From the NCBI GenBank assembly GCA_963833425.1, contig CAWHXP010000008.1, forward strand, positions 468,578 to 532,577: 64,000 bases of DNA, given 5' to 3'. Positions within the stretch are counted from its first letter, which is position 1, and every line of letters starts with the position of its first letter. A program made the position numbers and the translations under genes. The DNA is from an uncultured Methanosarcinaceae archaeon. GTDB taxonomy: Archaea > Halobacteriota > Methanosarcinia > Methanosarcinales > Methanosarcinaceae. Under the pieces are notes generated by a model, which had not been told where the DNA came from, did no database searches, and worked only from the letters and a program-made list of their open reading frames with translations. Positions 63,470-64,000 of this stretch are shown one piece after another.

Positions 63470-64000
63470 ATGATTAAAACACGCCTGAGGGATTTTCTTG
63501 TCACAAAGGACGACTGGCTTTTTTCGGTTTCCGATTACTTCTGTAACGAGGGAATAAGATCAATGCTTCGCTATGTTCCAGACGAAAATGGAGAACGGGA
63601 GTTAAACGGAAAAAAATACAGAAAATATGATTTTGGTCCAGCTTATGAATTTATGAAAAAGTACAGACCTGACTGGGTGCAGGATGTTCATGTAGTTCCG
63701 GAATCCGAGATAAAAAAAGTGCTTCGGCCTTATAACATAATTCCTAAACTTGTAAATTCAGACAGGCGAGTGAGAGAAATTGTGAAAGTGCTGGAAACTT
63801 CTGGAATTCCCAGAACAAGTATGGGAGTTACAGGTTCGATGCTCTTGGGCCTGCAAAATGAAAATTCGGATATCGATTTTGTCGTTTACGGACCGTTATG
63901 GTTCAGGGCAAGGGATACCATAACAAATGCAAAACAACAGGAAGGCTCAATTAAAGAACTCGATGAAGAGCTGCTGAAGAGGATCTACAAAAAGAGGATT
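63470..64000 (+). CDS. Nucleotidyltransferase (Pol-beta superfamily), 5' part; runs off the window
   Basis: MIKTRLRDFLVTKDDWLFSV..LRYVPDENGER..GVTGSMLLGLQNENSDIDFVVYG; open to the window end. Confidence 0.88.
   Translation, partial: MIKTRLRDFLVTKDDWLFSVSDYFCNEGIRSMLRYVPDENGERELNGKKYRKYDFGPAYEFMKKYRPDWVQDVHVVPESEIKKVLRPYNIIPKLVNSDRRVREIVKVLETSGIPRTSMGVTGSMLLGLQNENSDIDFVVYGPLWFRARDTITNAKQQEGSIKELDEELLKRIYKKRI

Overview
AT-rich archaeal DNA whose gene content (mer, nadM, pheT, and the trmY-pus10-rpl21e-rpoF-DUF655-rsmA cluster) and gene families match a Methanosarcina-type methanogen. Housekeeping genes are intact, but about 15 accessory genes are pseudogenes (frameshifts, nonsense codons, deletions), and there are decayed IS5 and IS200/IS605 elements and MITEs. 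This points to a genome in active reductive decay. Main observations: (1) fpoF, the F420H2-oxidising input subunit of the Fpo complex, survives only as a deleted remnant next to an intact mer; (2) an unannotated ~200-bp dispersed intergenic element occurs in at least 5 copies, with a covarying GC hairpin, a pyrimidine-rich loop and a T-tract (candidate sRNA family); (3) the MrfA/DUF1998 helicase carries a C-terminal domain resembling the chromatin protein MC1; (4) the apparently intact mgtA ORF has broken catalytic motifs; (5) xth and a Nudix gene are inactivated while dinB is retained; (6) an intact secreted NlpC/P60 hydrolase sits among decayed neighbours. All family assignments come from reading motifs by eye; no database searches were run.
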